In this document: positions 1-13,025 of the stretch, piece after piece
Numbering within the stretch: position 1 is the stretch's first letter
Layout: each line of letters opens with the position of its first letter
Notes under the pieces: model-generated
Told to the model about the DNA's origin: nothing
What the model saw: the letters and a program-made list of their open reading frames with translations, nothing else
The model's database searches: none
Made by a program: the position numbers and the translations under genes
DNA from: Asterias rubens
Lineage: Eukaryota
Direction of reading: 5' to 3'
NCBI RefSeq assembly: GCF_902459465.1
Contig: NW_022985698.1
Coordinates: forward strand, 124,001 to 188,000
Length of the DNA stretch: 64,000 nucleotides

Positions 1-10
1 GTGATCTACT

Positions 11-310
11 CTGGGCCCAATTTTATAAAGCCTGTAAGGATACAAACTTGCTAAGCACAGAAAAATCTGCTTATTAAAAACTGATTACTAGCCAAAATTT
101 CTAAAGTTAACATGGTTGCCCCACTAATGTATTGCTTTGCAAAGAAATTTCTGCTTAAAAGCTTTATGAACAAAAAAAATCTTACAAAAAACTGGTTACC
201 AGCCAAATTCTGTAAAGTTGACATTGTTGCAACAGGTGCCCAACTCAATTTTTGCTTAGCAAAGAAATTTGCTTATTTTGTTCTTAGTAGCTTGATGAGA
301 TTGGGCACAG
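11..310. mobile_element. Foldback MITE-like element (ctgggcccaatt...attgggcacag family)
   Basis: Inverted termini and an internal duplicated ttaccagccaaaatt block. Related pieces lie at ~4430-4823, 18770-18940, 19205-19244, 21920-21965, 40560-40700 and 45940-46075. Confidence 0.6.
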
Positions 311-1151
311 ATCCATTATATATTTTTTATTTCAAATAACGTCCACAGCACAAGCGCCTTAAATGGATGGAGATGCAGGACTTGCAACTACAAAGTTGTG
401 GGTTTGAATCCTGTCATGCTAACCGCTAATTTTACAATGACTTAAATTAAAGTATCTCGTCTAGATACTGAATCACAATTGATTGATTTGTACAATTCAT
501 ATTCGATACACCAATGTTTGTATTGACAGAGATTGGCTGTTGCAGCTTGGTGTGTACATCCTAGGCAGGATTACTTCAGTCTGATTTCTATTTTTGTTTT
601 CCCCTTGTAAAAAAAAAAACAGAAAAGTTGTGAGTGATAAACCTGAAAAATTTACACCAGATGTACATGTATGTAGGTCAGCCCTTGCACTTTAACAAAT
701 GTGACCACTTTTTTCCCAAGGACTAAATATCATGCCTGATATATCCATATAGCGGCACCAAGGCCAAGACCCGGGGCAACGGAGACCATAGCCTCTGTAT
801 ATTTCAAGGCCTGATATTGTAATGTAGATCATCTATAAAAAACAATGTGCCTCCACAAACTTCCCTACTATTTTATTCTGTTTCTGTCTTTTATCTATGC
901 ATACAATGTAGTTATATAATTTGTGGAAATGTATGAGTGGAAAAAAATTTGAATTTAATTGTTCATTGAATTGAATTGAATCAAACATGCATGTAGTTTG
1001 GTTTAGAAGCACTTTGACCCTTTTGGGGTTTTTTTTCGTGATCGAGTTACTGGCATTGATGTACAGTAACTCATGAATTACACTTGTTCATGCTGCTTTT
1101 TAGATTGTAACACTTGTGTTATTTAAATTGTAACACTTGTTTGCATTTCAG

Positions 1152-1268
1152 AGCAAACCAATTCGACACACAGCGCCGATATTCAGTCAGTTTGATACCC
1201 TTGGTCTTCAAGCTCCATCTACCATTGGGGAAGTCCCATCTTGCATCTCTCAACTTACTGTCAAAAAG
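1152..1268 (+). CDS. Penultimate coding exon of an unidentified gene entering from the left (SKPIRHTAPIFSQFDTLGLQAPSTIGEVPSCISQLTVKK)
   Basis: tttcAG acceptor (1150-1151), AAG|GTATGT donor (1269), 117 nt open frame, phase 0 matches the next exon. Confidence 0.6.
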
Positions 1269-1347
1269 GTATGTATTTAAACAAAAAAACGGCACTTCAG
1301 GGCTTGGATTGTACACTGGACCACTGGCATGATGCCCTTTTCTTGAA

Positions 1348-1625
1348 GCGATGTGGTACACATGGTTGGCTTGTGCGTAAAGCGCTCGCCTCTCACCAAG
1401 GTGACCCTGGTTTGATACCCGGCTAGGGCCATATATGAATTGAGTTGTGCGTTGCTTCTCTGCTGTGCCTCGAGGGTTTTCCAGACCATCCGGTTTTCCT
1501 CACCCAGGAAAAATCAAGCACTTTGGATCTCTGGCTGTGCTGCGTGGTTTTATTGGGTTGATGTGGATGGCTGCCAAAGGCGCCCTTGCATGCCTGCTTC
1601 TCGAACACGTTGTAGCCGGACATTG
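1348..1625 (+). mobile_element. tRNA-derived SINE
   Basis: A/B-box-like head (gcgctcgcctctcaccaaggtgaccctggtttgatacccggc) followed by a ccggttttcct body. Related reverse copy at ~17905-18065. Confidence 0.6.
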
Positions 1626-1814
1626 TGTTTTCTGTCCTACAAAAAGTACCTTGCCCCTTTAAGCATAAAATATTGCTTAGCAGGATGCTAGTCTCACAAA
1701 TTGTACATGGGATTCTGAGTGTTTCCTTCACGAAGTTCCAGGCCTGAGGTTTGCAGTTTTGATAATGAAATATTATGACTGTATTTTTTTTATTTTTTAT
1801 TTTTTTTTTCTCAG

Positions 1815-2468
1815 ATTGAGTATGACGAGATTGTGAAGATTAATTCCAGCATCCCGAGCATCATCCCATTAGGAGAAAGCTCTTATTCCTTATCAATTCA
1901 AACTCATCAAGAAACTCATACCACAACCAGTGCCTTGGATCAAATCATATCCTCCGTGACAGAACTAAGTGTATCACAAAGCGATAAGAAACTTAATCAT
2001 ACCGTAACGAAAGCCACAAACGCTCTGCCACGTATAGACATTGAAAGCGCCCAAGCTCATAGTATTCAACGCCAGACCAACAGCACCCCTGGGCTTGAGT
2101 CCGCTCCAGAAACCCCTAATAGTAGCTGTAGTATCGCAAAGAGCAACGACGGCGACCAGGATTTGAAGGATGTTGAATCAATTGACTCTGGTATCGGGAT
2201 AAACCGCTTGAAAAGCACTTCGTCAGTTCCTACATCCGCGTCTCCGAATACCGACATCAAATGCAGAGAGGAGAACACAACCATTGGCAGAACCGATGAA
2301 ACTGGTCAAGAACCATTGACTTCTACTGGTCGGGATGCATTACTTCAAGCACAAGAGACCCTACCTTACATTCATCTAGATAGTATTTTGTTGGATCGGG
2401 GAGGACAGTTTGGAAACGACGCGGAGATGAGCAATGATGATCTAATAGAGAGTCAGGAATCTTTATGA
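1815..2468 (+). CDS. Terminal coding exon of the same unidentified gene; Ser/Thr/acidic low-complexity C-terminus
   Basis: Long polypyrimidine tract and tcAG acceptor at 1813-1814, in frame with the 211-aa ORF 1833-2468, ends in TGA. No family recognised. Confidence 0.7.
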   Translation: MEYDEIVKINSSIPSIIPLGESSYSLSIQTHQETHTTTSALDQIISSVTELSVSQSDKKLNHTVTKATNALPRIDIESAQAHSIQRQTNSTPGLESAPETPNSSCSIAKSNDGDQDLKDVESIDSGIGINRLKSTSSVPTSASPNTDIKCREENTTIGRTDETGQEPLTSTGRDALLQAQETLPYIHLDSILLDRGGQFGNDAEMSNDDLIESQESL

Positions 2469-4565
2469 AGGTAAACTGTTTAAATCAATTAAAAAAGAAT
2501 AATATTGCACAAGGCATCTCTACCAACTAAAACACAGCATTTTAGAACTGGGGCATTGAAGTTATAATTGTGAATATATTTTGAACTGTTTTTAATTGTT
2601 GATTATGCAGTCGGTATACTCTACATTACTCTAGTTTTTATCTTGTTTTTGATGTGATGTCATGTTATTAACATGCATGGTACATGTATGTGCGTATACT
2701 ATTTATTACAAATATGTAATTTTGTGAAATATACGAAATTGTTTTGAGTTTATACTAAAACAAATATTATTGTTCAATAGTGTAAAGATAGGGTCATACT
2801 TTGGTATGAAAGGACATGTGAAATGTTTTATCAGAAAGCCTACTTGTTATTTTGAGAAAGCATTAGAACTGCTGATTTTTTTTCTGAAGTGCCTCGGTTG
2901 AAACACAATAAAAGTATCTCAACAAAATTGAACTTCCAAAGATTGCCTGCAGGTGACTTTTGGAAATTTCTTTTGTTTCAATTTGAATACTGCCCTCAAT
3001 ACAGCCAGAGATGCAGTTGACCCTCCTGGCTAAAGGTGGATGGATTTGAGTTATACGGCGTTCTTAATTCAACGTTTTCTGGGTTGTTTTCCTCTTCAAT
3101 ACGAAGACACAGTATTCAACTGAAACTTTCACAAGTGACTTTCATTGGATCTTTCTTGATAATAAGCCATTTGCCAGTTGGATTTGAACAATGCCTGGTA
3201 CAATGACTTGTGTAGTCACAACGTACCGCTAATATTTGAATTCCACAGACTGTAGAGACAGTTGGCCAGGTCTGGAATTTAATCTTTAGAGGGCAAGGCC
3301 ATTTTCTTTTTTAAAAGGGCACTTCCATTGGAAAATCTTAAAAGTCTTTGGGAAACTTTTGAAGGGGCACCAAGGTCGAGACAAGGGCAATGGAGGCCTT
3401 CGTTAAATTTAAGACCTGGGTTGCTAACCGATGTCAAATGGTTCAGGGCAAGCTTTTGCATAGCAACCTCCATATATGAGCAAACCCTGGTAATTGTACC
3501 ATTGTGCTATAGGCCTACACCATGTATGATGTCTATCCATTTAGAATTGTGTGCAGTGTTCACCAATTTCAATTAAAGTGTGAACTTTAAGCAGGTCATT
3601 GTACATGTAGCCTACCAGACAGTACACAAATCTAGTACGCAAATGGCTTATTGTGCTGCTAAATCAACATTATGTTGACCAAAACCAAATGATGACCCTA
3701 CCTTTAAATTGTAGGGGTTTTAAAGCTACATGTATGAGTGGTCTGACAGACACACACACATTGACACATGGGACATTATTACTCAGGTTTACATGTATGT
3801 TTAAGAGTGTAAACCTCATTGTCCATTGCAAGCCTGGAATTTCATTTTTGAGAGGGCAAGTCCATTTTCATTTTTTCATTGGAAAATCTTATGGTCTACA
3901 TGTATGGGGAAATTCAAAAGGGACACCAAGGCCAATACCAGAGGCAACAAAGGCCATGGCCTCCTTGGAATTACATGCCTGCATTGCACTGATCAGCATC
4001 AACATCAAGATCATGAAGTTACATTACATCAACAAGGAGCATTGAAGGACTGGCAGTCGACGTGTTCTACAAGCCTAGAAGATGTCAGATGTCCAGGCTA
4101 CCTACACACCCGTACTTCCCCCTGGACAGATTTGGTCACATCTTCATGTTAACCCTTGCTACTATTGGTGCCATCTTCCAGTGAGCTGACCAACCGTTTG
4201 AAACCATTCAACTACAGGGATTGTGCATGGTGGCCATCTGTGAACTGTGCTCAATTTCATAGAGCACACCTAATACATTGTATTCACCCTACAAGTTCTG
4301 TGTACACCACCTCCACTTTGGAAATGGTGTGTTCTTTCTACTTTGTATTCATTGCTGTATGGCTTGTAGTATAGGACTCTTCCATTGTTATGCAGGGATC
4401 TCTTAGAAATGGTTCAGCAATGACTTAACCTGTTAAGCTGTTGAGCAGAAAATTGTGCTAAGCAAGATTGTTTTTGCTTAGCAAATTGTGTGTGTGAGTG
4501 CTTATGAGCATAATGAGATTTTGGCCCAGGTCATATTGCATGCAAAGAGACTCTTCTCATGAGAT

Positions 4566-4823
4566 CTAGGCCCAATTTCATCGCTCTGCTTACCACTGAA
4601 TTCTGCGCTTATGTTCACTATTCTCAGCTTACTGTGCAAGCGCCAGATTTCTGCGCTAGCTGTGTAAGCGAAGAAAGACTAGTAATAACGAATATGTACG
4701 AGCACAAGCAAAAATTCCCTGCTTACCTGTGAAATGCCACTTGACATAAGCGCAGAATTCCCTGCTTCCGTAAGCCCAGACTTGTGCTTAAAATGGTCAG
4801 CAGAGCCATGTAATTGGGCCCTG
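4566..4823. mobile_element. Foldback MITE-like element
   Basis: ctaggcccaatttcat ... atgtaattgggccctg inverted termini with internal inverted segments. Confidence 0.6.
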
Positions 4824-6290
4824 CCTGTAAATTGCACATCCCATGTACACACTGACACCACTGGTTGGCAAATATTGCAGGAATATTGCACCTTTTTGTA
4901 TGGGACTGATGGCGGTTTCGATGCAGTGTGTGTCTTTATAATTCTATTAAACCCTTTTTTGACAAATGATGGACAATATTGGTTTGCACATTATGGTTTG
5001 GGTTTATACAGACAAATTTACCCAAGACCAAATAGTGTCATAGTATTGTGTCCCCCATCTAATAATGGCTTACGGCATTTTGCCCACCACCAATGGGAGA
5101 CTTTTGGGACGCTTGGTGGCAGCAGACTTACCAGGTAAAATCCATTGTTCTCTGTAATGTGTGCATGCTCGGAACTACTTAGGCGATGGAAATTGATCTA
5201 GTAAGTCTGCTGTCACCTAGTGTTCAAAAGTCTCCCATTGTGTCTGTATGCTTTATTGAGTGTAAATTTTCATTGGAAGAGTTAATCAAAAGTTTGCAAT
5301 CTCATATATAGATTTATTAGAAGTGACAGCTTGTTGATGTTCATTTTTGGTCAGTGATCTGTAAATTTTTGTGTAAGAGAAATTGATTCATATAACTTCT
5401 TCAAACATTCTTATTTAAATGTAGAAAGTCAATAATCTTATTAGTGTACAGTAGTAAAAACCTTCATTTTTAATTGAAAATTGAATTATATTTGATAATC
5501 TTAATGAGTGATATTTTTTAGAGACAGTTAAGCTTTTTATTTGAATTGATTGGTGTACATGAAATGGAAGGTGACAAGGTGTTGACTTAATACTGACTAT
5601 AGTTTGTTTTTCTATTTGGAGGGGATTGGGGTGAAACAAATCATTAATCCACTTTAGCTAGAATAAGTGTGTAATCAGCCGTCGATTTCACCAAACTTTT
5701 CCTAATTGGGATTAATCTTAGAACTTAGCACAGTTAAGTTCCGTATCCATGACGTCAGGATGCATTGAACCCATCCTAAGTTAGGAGAAGTTTTAACACG
5801 AAAAAGAATTCATCCTAGCGTTTCGTTAATTGTCTGCTGGCCTGAAACTTCACATAGGCAGAGGAGGCAACTCACTACACATGACACGGCTTTGTTTTTA
5901 ATGAACCACTCAGAATTTCAGATCAAACATTTTAGGATAAAAGGTACAACTTTGTGAAAATTTTGTTCAGCATTATCAAAAATATTGTTTCACAAAGTCA
6001 CAATCGTTAAAACAAATAGTTAATGTACAGGTGTACAGGACTGGAATTTCATCTTTTAATTGAGAGTTGAAATATTTTAACAATATTTTCTGAGTGAAAT
6101 TGGGCCCTGATATTGACTGCATTTTACCCACTAATTCCCTAGATACTTCTGTAAAAACATGGTGCCAGGAAACACTCAGTTTCAATAGAAGCATCTGGGA
6201 TTATAGAGAGGCTGTTCTTAACATGAGTGGAACATGGGGCCATTGTGAGTGTCTAATATAATGTAGCTTCAATATTATCAGTCAATGTGC

Positions 6291-6679
6291 TTAAAGGCAG
6301 TGGACACTATTGGTAATTACTCAAAATAATTGTTATCATAAAACCTTACTTGGTAACGAGTAATGGGGAGCTGTTGATAGTATAAAACATTGTGAGAAAC
6401 GGCTCCCTCTGAAGTAATTATGTAGTTTTCGAGAAAGAAGTAATTTTCCACGAATTTGATTTCGAGATCTCAGATTTAGAATTTGAGGTCTCGAAATCAA
6501 GCATCTGAAAGCACACAACTTCGTGTTACAAGGGTGTTTTTTTCTTTCATTATTATCTCGCAACTTTGACGACCGATTGAGCTCATATTTTCACAGGTTT
6601 GTTGTTTTATGCATATGTTGAGATACACCAAGTGAGAAGACTGGTCTTTGACAATTACCAAAAGTGTCCAGTGCTTTAA
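6291..6679. mobile_element. TTAA-flanked non-autonomous DNA transposon, family A (Kolobok-like MITE)
   Basis: TTAA|aggcagtggacact ... agtgtccagtgct|TTAA; body shared with many copies in the window. Confidence 0.85.
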
Positions 6680-6956
6680 AAGGCACTGGACACTTTTGGA
6701 CTCAAAGTATAATCAGGCATGTATGCTTCGTTTTTGAAACGCAAGGGCCCTAGAGCATTTTCTGCTCGGGAAAGGCCATGGTCACCTACATGTATGAGGA
6801 AATTGCAAATTCATACTGGAGTAATTCAAGGGCACCAAGGCAATGACCAGGGGGCATTGAGGCAATTACCGTCATTGCCTCTGTGATAAACACTTACTTG
6901 GTAATGATCAACGGAGAGCTGTTAAGGAGTATAAAACACCTTACACTATCTATTTG

Positions 6957-7321
6957 AAGGCACTGGATACATACCTACGTTTGGAATGTCAAAGACCAGT
7001 ATTCTCACTTGGTTTATCCACACATGTGCATAAAATAATAAACCGGAGAAAATCTGGACTCAACTAGGTGTCGAGGTTGCAAGAAAGTAATGAAAGACAA
7101 ACACCCTTGTTGCAAAAATTTGTGTGATTTTAGATGCCCGTATGAAGCCTTTCTCATTTTCAAATAATATATAGGCCAAGTGAGAAATTATCTTTTTCTC
7201 AAAAACTCGAATCTCACAATATTTTATACTATCAACAGCTCTCCATTGCTTGTTACCAACTAATTTTCCATGCTTTTTTTGTATATTTCGAGTAGTTACC
7301 AAACATGTCCAGTGCCTTTAA
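6957..7321. mobile_element. Family A-related MITE, reverse orientation
   Basis: aaggcactgga ... tgtccagtgcctTTAA termini; body is the reverse complement of family A. Confidence 0.75.
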
Positions 7322-8189
7322 AAATCAGCCACTATGAAAACTTTTATCATCTGTGTATTCATAGCAACATGAATGGAACCAGACAATGCAATGTATTATT
7401 TTCATATTTGAGTAGAGAGAAAACTGATGCATCAATCAGTATTGAAAGGTCAGACAAGGTCAGGGCTGATCAAATATTTATTTACTGTAAAGGATGAAGC
7501 GTGTGTAACTTATTCAAACAGAGTGAGTCGAAAAGAAGTTGATCGGGATGGGTGATGTTTTCAAAACAAACAAATGACACTCGAAAGTTCAGTAAAAAAG
7601 CATTATTTAAAGACCTGCTTGAACGAAAATGTCAAGTCGTGAACGTTGCTGAATTTCATTTGAAAGGTTTTCAATGAACAAGGAAATGGAGCCATATGTT
7701 TATAGATTTTAATTGTGTAAACAAAAAAATCATTTCGGATACCCTTATCCAGCGTTTTTCTGAGAGATTTGGGAGCTCCAATTTGTAAAGCCGCTTTGTT
7801 GCAGCGTGGAGGTATAACAAAGCAAACTCCCACAAAAGCAAACCCTCAGCGGCATTGTCCTGTGACGCACGCCTTCAAGGGCAGAACTGTTTTTAGTTTT
7901 TCAAAACCTTTATGTTGGGGCCTGATTTTTCAATCGATAATTACGAAAACTTCAGAAGTGTACACTTATCAAAATAACATTAAAATGATGAACAAGTGCA
8001 TTATAAACAAGTTAAAATACTATTTCCGTTAAAAACATTCCCCTCAGGTAGCTGTTTAACCAACACTCTCTCCTGCTTAGTGGGGAAAAAAAAGAATGAA
8101 AGAAATTGATCATTGCTTAGAGGAGTTATGCCTATTTTAATAAAGGTACCCATTGTGTGGTCTTTTTGGTCTAGGGTACTTTTGGGTCT

Positions 8190-8345
8190 TTACCCTTGTC
8201 TGTTAGCACTGTATACTCAGTACTTACCGGAGTTCTGTGAACAAAATCACAGGCATATTACTTGGGTGGGATGCGAACCCAGGAACTTTGCAATTCTAGA
8301 GCAGTGTCATAATAACTAGACTACCGAGATTGTCCGGTAGCTAGA
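8190..8345 (-). mobile_element. tRNA-derived SINE (cccacccgagtaatatgcctg family)
   Basis: Reverse complement carries a ggttcgcatccc B-box and the gtaatatgcctgtgattttgttcacagaact body also seen at 33003, 38015 and 44560. Confidence 0.7.
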
Positions 8346-9419
8346 TGCAGTCAAAAGGGTCAAGCATGGACAATCAATGGACGGCTACAAACATGACAAA
8401 CTTGAGTGCTTTCACTAAAACAGGCATCTTCTCTCAAAAATGATCAATTTGTTTCAGTCTTCTTTTTTTCTTCAGATAAGCAGGAAAGAATGCTTGTTTA
8501 ATAGTGTGCTTCACTGGGGTTTTGATTGTCAGTTATTGGTTTGTTTGTAAATCGAAAATCTCGGTCAACTTTATTTTGACTCACCCTGTATTCATGTTCT
8601 GTTCATTATATACAATGGCAATTTTATGCTGCAGGTAATGGTAGCTCTGCAGTGTGTGTTTAACGTAGGACGTTAAATTTTTAAAAGTATGCATTAAATA
8701 ATTTTATTATTAATAAAGGAAGAGTGCAAGTCAGAATGTTGCTTCTGTTGAGAAGTCAATTTGGGATTATTGTTTGACGGCATTTGACGTCATCCAGCCA
8801 CCATCTTAGATGTACTCAAAGATGAGACAATGGAAATGCACAGATTTGTACACGCTGGGCACAGGATTTGCAAATGAACAATAGGCTTAATGATCAACCT
8901 CCTTTTGACCTACATAAATAGACCTTTATCATGGTGGGGCCATCTTGATTTTACTACATTCCAACTTATTGTAACCAAACTGAGGCTGGACAAGATAATA
9001 GTCTGGTGTCATGTTTGCGCAATGAATGTCAGCATTCATTGCTGTTATTGGAAACAGGGAACATGACCAATATGGTGACAGCGTGATAAAGGTCTATGGG
9101 AGGGCATTTACCCAAATCGCGTTATGTGCATCCAGTGGCTTGTTTTTGTGACTTCATCACAGACTGTGCAAATCTCCGCCATTCATTGGCATGATTTTGT
9201 TTCCTCCAACCCATAGTTCACAATGGAATGCGGAAAGCAGGATGGGGGATCCAATCCCCCACCTCAGAGCCCTTCCCTCCTCTTTCTATCCCCCACCCCC
9301 TTTTGTCACCACATATAAATTACCAAAATGCTTTATTATGAGTACATCAGAAGCCCGTCAAAAGTATCTGACCAAGATCAGTACCAGCATGCAAGCAGCC
9401 ACACTAGCACCATGGTGCC

Positions 9420-9670
9420 AGCAACTGCATCAGCACTGCCACAAGCAACAGCAGCAGCAGCAGTCCAACACCCAGAACAAAAAGAGTACCACCATCATCA
9501 CTAGCAACAACAGCAGCAGCAACTGCAGAAGCACCAAAGCTAGCTTAGCACCACCACCAGAACAACAACAGGACCACCACTACCGCAAGCAACAACAGCA
9601 GAAGCAGCAGCAGCAACTGCAGCAGCACCAAAGGTAGCTTAGCACCACCATTCACAACAACAATAGTACC
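9420..9670. repeat. Degenerate (CAG/CAA/CAC)n low-complexity tract with an internal direct repeat
   Basis: Trinucleotide runs; agcttagcaccacca occurs twice (~9540 and ~9636). Confidence 0.8.
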
Positions 9671-10045
9671 ACAAGCAGCCAGTGCCCTGCCAACCCATAA
9701 ACGCCAATGCCAACACAAAATGCCACCACTACTATTATGACAAGTCTTTAAATACCTGTCGCAGTGATAGCGTTCCGACTCGAGGCTCTCCCTAATTCCG
9801 ACTCTTTCCAAGATTCAGATTCTCTCTGCGAATCTCGCGACACAGGCGATATATTTATGAGACGCAGGCCCATGCGAGATGACTTTTCTCACAACTACGG
9901 TCCCAGTTAATTGGCGATTAGTAGTCGGCGGCCAGCAGCTTCGCACGACAGCAGTGATCTCAAGAGAGCAGTATTCGAACGCAGAAACCTGAATCATTAC
10001 GCCGCCACCACGACTTGACTACATATATCTCACCGCGACAGACCA

Positions 10046-10435
10046 TTAAAGGAACACGTCGCCTTGGATCGGTCGAGTTGGTCTTTGAAAAGCGTTTGTA
10101 ACCGTTTGGTATAAAATACATATGATTAGAAAGATGTTGTAAAAGTAGAATACAATGATCCACACAAACATGCCTCGAAATTGCACGGTTTTCCTTTTAC
10201 CTCGTCGACCAACACGGTCGGCCATTTATGGGAGTCAAATTTTTGACTCCCATAAATGGCCGACCGTGTTAGTTCGCAAAGTAAAAGGAAAACCACGCAA
10301 TTTCGAGGCAAATTTGTGTGGATCATTGTATTCTACTTTTAAAAGATCTTTCTATCCATATGCATTTTATAACAAACGGTTACAAACGCTTTTTATAGAC
10401 CAACTCGTCCGATCCAAGGCAACGTGTTCCTTTAA
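10046..10435. mobile_element. Almost fully palindromic TTAA-flanked MITE, family B
   Basis: TTAA|aggaacacgtcgccttggatcgg ... ccgatccaaggcaacgtgttcct|TTAA; inverted symmetry runs to the centre (gggagtcaaa/tttgactccc). Confidence 0.9.
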
Positions 10436-10437
10436 CG

Positions 10438-10581
10438 NNNNNNNNNNNNNNNNNNNNNNNNNNNNNNNNNNNNNNNNNNNNNNNNNNNNNNNNNNNNNNN
10501 NNNNNNNNNNNNNNNNNNNNNNNNNNNNNNNNNNNNNNNNNNNNNNNNNNNNNNNNNNNNNNNNNNNNNNNNNNNNNNNNN
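10438..10581. other. Assembly gap (144 N)
   Basis: Run of N. Confidence 1.
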
Positions 10582-11279
10582 AAGGATTCTTGATTTCCAT
10601 CAGAAAGTATTAAATTTTATTAACATTACATGTTGGTATGTCATCAACATGAAACATACTAAAAGCTGAACAACTAACCAGTTTTACACTCCTTTAATTT
10701 GTTTTCTATTTATGGGAGTTTAGTTACAATATTTTCGATAAGGTTTCACATAAATACAATTTTGACATAAAAACAACTTGATAAGTTATATATAGCCATT
10801 TGGTGTTATAAATACAAGGATATTAATTGATAACAAATAAATATTATTGAAATTCTCAATCCTCCTCTAAAAATATGTTGTTTTTGTTGCCAATTTGGTG
10901 TAGCAGTAATAACAGATTCATTTGTATGCAAAAACATCTGTATTTTATTTAAGATTAGCAAGTTACTCAAAGTTAGCAAAGTGCTACGATTGTTAAGATG
11001 CTACAGTGATTTGTATTGTCGTTTAACCTATTGCTTACGTAGCAACGAAGGGTTTACATCTATGGTAATTACTCCAAAAATTAATTACCATATAAACGTA
11101 GTTGGTAATAGGGCACTGGAGGGCTGATGATATTATACAACATTGCTAGAAATGTCTCTTTTTGAAGTCATGTAGTTTTTACTTTTAGAGAAAGGGGATA
11201 TTTTCCACCAACAGATTTGAAACTGAGAAAGGCTTTAGGCTCAAAGCCTTTCTCAGACATCTGAAAGCAATCTTAGCAC

Positions 11280-11623
11280 TTAAAGCCATTGGACACTTTC
11301 GGAACAGAAAAAAATGAAAAGTTCACAGATTTAAACATGCTTAAAATAACAAACCTGTGACAATTTGGGCTCAATATTGGTCATTGAATTTGCAATAGAA
11401 TAATGAAAGAAAAAACACCCTTGTTGCATTACTTTGTGTGCTTTCAGTGCCCTAATAAAAGGCTTCAGCTGAAGTCTTTTATTTTTTTAGTGATACCTCT
11501 TTCTCAAAAACTATGTTTCTCACAAAGTGTTGTACTATCAACAGCTCTCCATTGCTCGTTACCAAGTAAGGTTATATGCTAACAATTATTTTTAGTAATT
11601 ACCACTAGTGTGCAGTGCCTTTA
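11280..11623. mobile_element. TTAA MITE (chimeric or degenerate) in the FAM167 3' UTR region
   Basis: TTAAagccattggacactttcgg left end, gtgcagtgccttta right end, about 30 bp past the FAM167 stop codon. Confidence 0.7.
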
Positions 11624-11652
11624 TAGAAAAAGATAATGAAGTAACACATGTT

Positions 11653-11922
11653 TTATCTCAAGGAAAACCTCCGTGCATTTAAGTTCATTCTCGTCACTCC
11701 AAAATCTTTGAGTGGGTTATCAAGTCCTGGGAAAAGTCCCCCATTCATTGGGAGTTCACATAATCCACTCTTTTGTTCGTACTCTTCCTCCACGCTGTAT
11801 GCAGCATTCTCAATCAACTCCTTGTGCTCGCTGATACTCGTCTGTAGACGTAATTGCTGGATCTCACTACGCAGGCGCATTAGTTTCATGGCTAAGACAT
11901 GATCTTGGGATTTCATCTCTGC
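11653..11922 (-). CDS. FAM167A: FAM167-family protein, coding exon 2 (AEMKSQDHVLAMKLMRLRSEIQQL...GVTRMNLNARRFSLR*)
   Basis: Matches the FAM167 C-terminal motifs (EMxxQDxxLAxxLMRLRxxI; GVTxMNxNxRRFSL); acceptor cttctacaacAG at 11924-11923; phase 0. Confidence 0.9.
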   Translation of the reverse strand, partial: AEMKSQDHVLAMKLMRLRSEIQQLRLQTSISEHKELIENAAYSVEEEYEQKSGLCELPMNGGLFPGLDNPLKDFGVTRMNLNARRFSLR

Positions 11923-13025
11923 CTGTTGTAGAAGTGGAAGAGAAACAAAGTATCAATAGTTACATCTCATATACTGTGGCCTTGAAATAGTCTTGGTGCA
12001 AGACGTTTCTCGTTTACCTTTCACGCACAGCGCCACGGCTGACCCGCTCATTCAACTTACCAATAGCGCCCGCTGCGACACACCGCCCGTAACCTGACTA
12101 AGCCCACGAATTGCCCCTCGAAATAACCCACAGCACCCACAGCATGCAATTGCCATGGTGCTCGGTGCTTTTGCTGTGGTGCCCTGTGCAAGGTTCCTGT
12201 GAAATTTACATTTTCCTCATATAGGTGCCCCTTGCGAAATTCAAGGCCTGGCTATTTCTGTCGGGCCTTATACGTCACAAAGGCAACAAAGCCGATAGCC
12301 TCTCTGCCCCTGGTCATTGCCTTGGTGCCCTTGAATTGCTCCAGTAGAACTTTACAATTTCCCAATTGGTTGCCCTTTACCAAGGAGAAAATGCCTTTGT
12401 GCCCTTGCCCTTTAACTTTACTCTGAGCTATTGCGCAGTCAGCGACTGTACCATGGTAAACAAATTGTGTTTACTCATTAACAGTATGGTCAACAATCAC
12501 AACTTTTTTTAAGATTCCTAATGGAACATAGCTGGATAACACTATTACCAGCAGAATTGGCTTGGGTGAGTCTTTGATCTATACAGTCACCATTAACTTC
12601 CATGCCCCATAGAAATTAAACACATTGACATCCAATACACCCCATGTTAGATCTTAGCCGCAAGTTGGAGTTTGGGTATTTTCTTTTTGAAGGGACTGAG
12701 TGTGCTACCCCATACACACAGAATTTGTGTTGGTTGTGCGGCTTCAGTGAACCTTTCAGAGTTTATGTATGCTATACAATGCTAACAATGCAATACAATG
12801 TTAAAGTTTGTACACGATAAGAAGTAATATCTTATTTAGGCAGGATTTAGAGGGAAATGGCCAACCGAAAATGAAATTTGAGTAAGGAAAAGTATAAACC
12901 GTAAAGTAGGAAGTTGTTTTTAAAACCAACACCTGTATTTTAGTGAAAGGTTATTGACTGATGTCCTCTGTACACCAGTTTTGTTCCCGTAACTCGATAT
13001 GGCTGATGTTGATCAAACTTTCTCT

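Noticed and set aside
9191-9811. Poly-Q ORF (9191-9637) and poly-L antisense ORF (9545-9811)
   Set aside because: Explained by a trinucleotide low-complexity tract; no domain and no convincing splice context.
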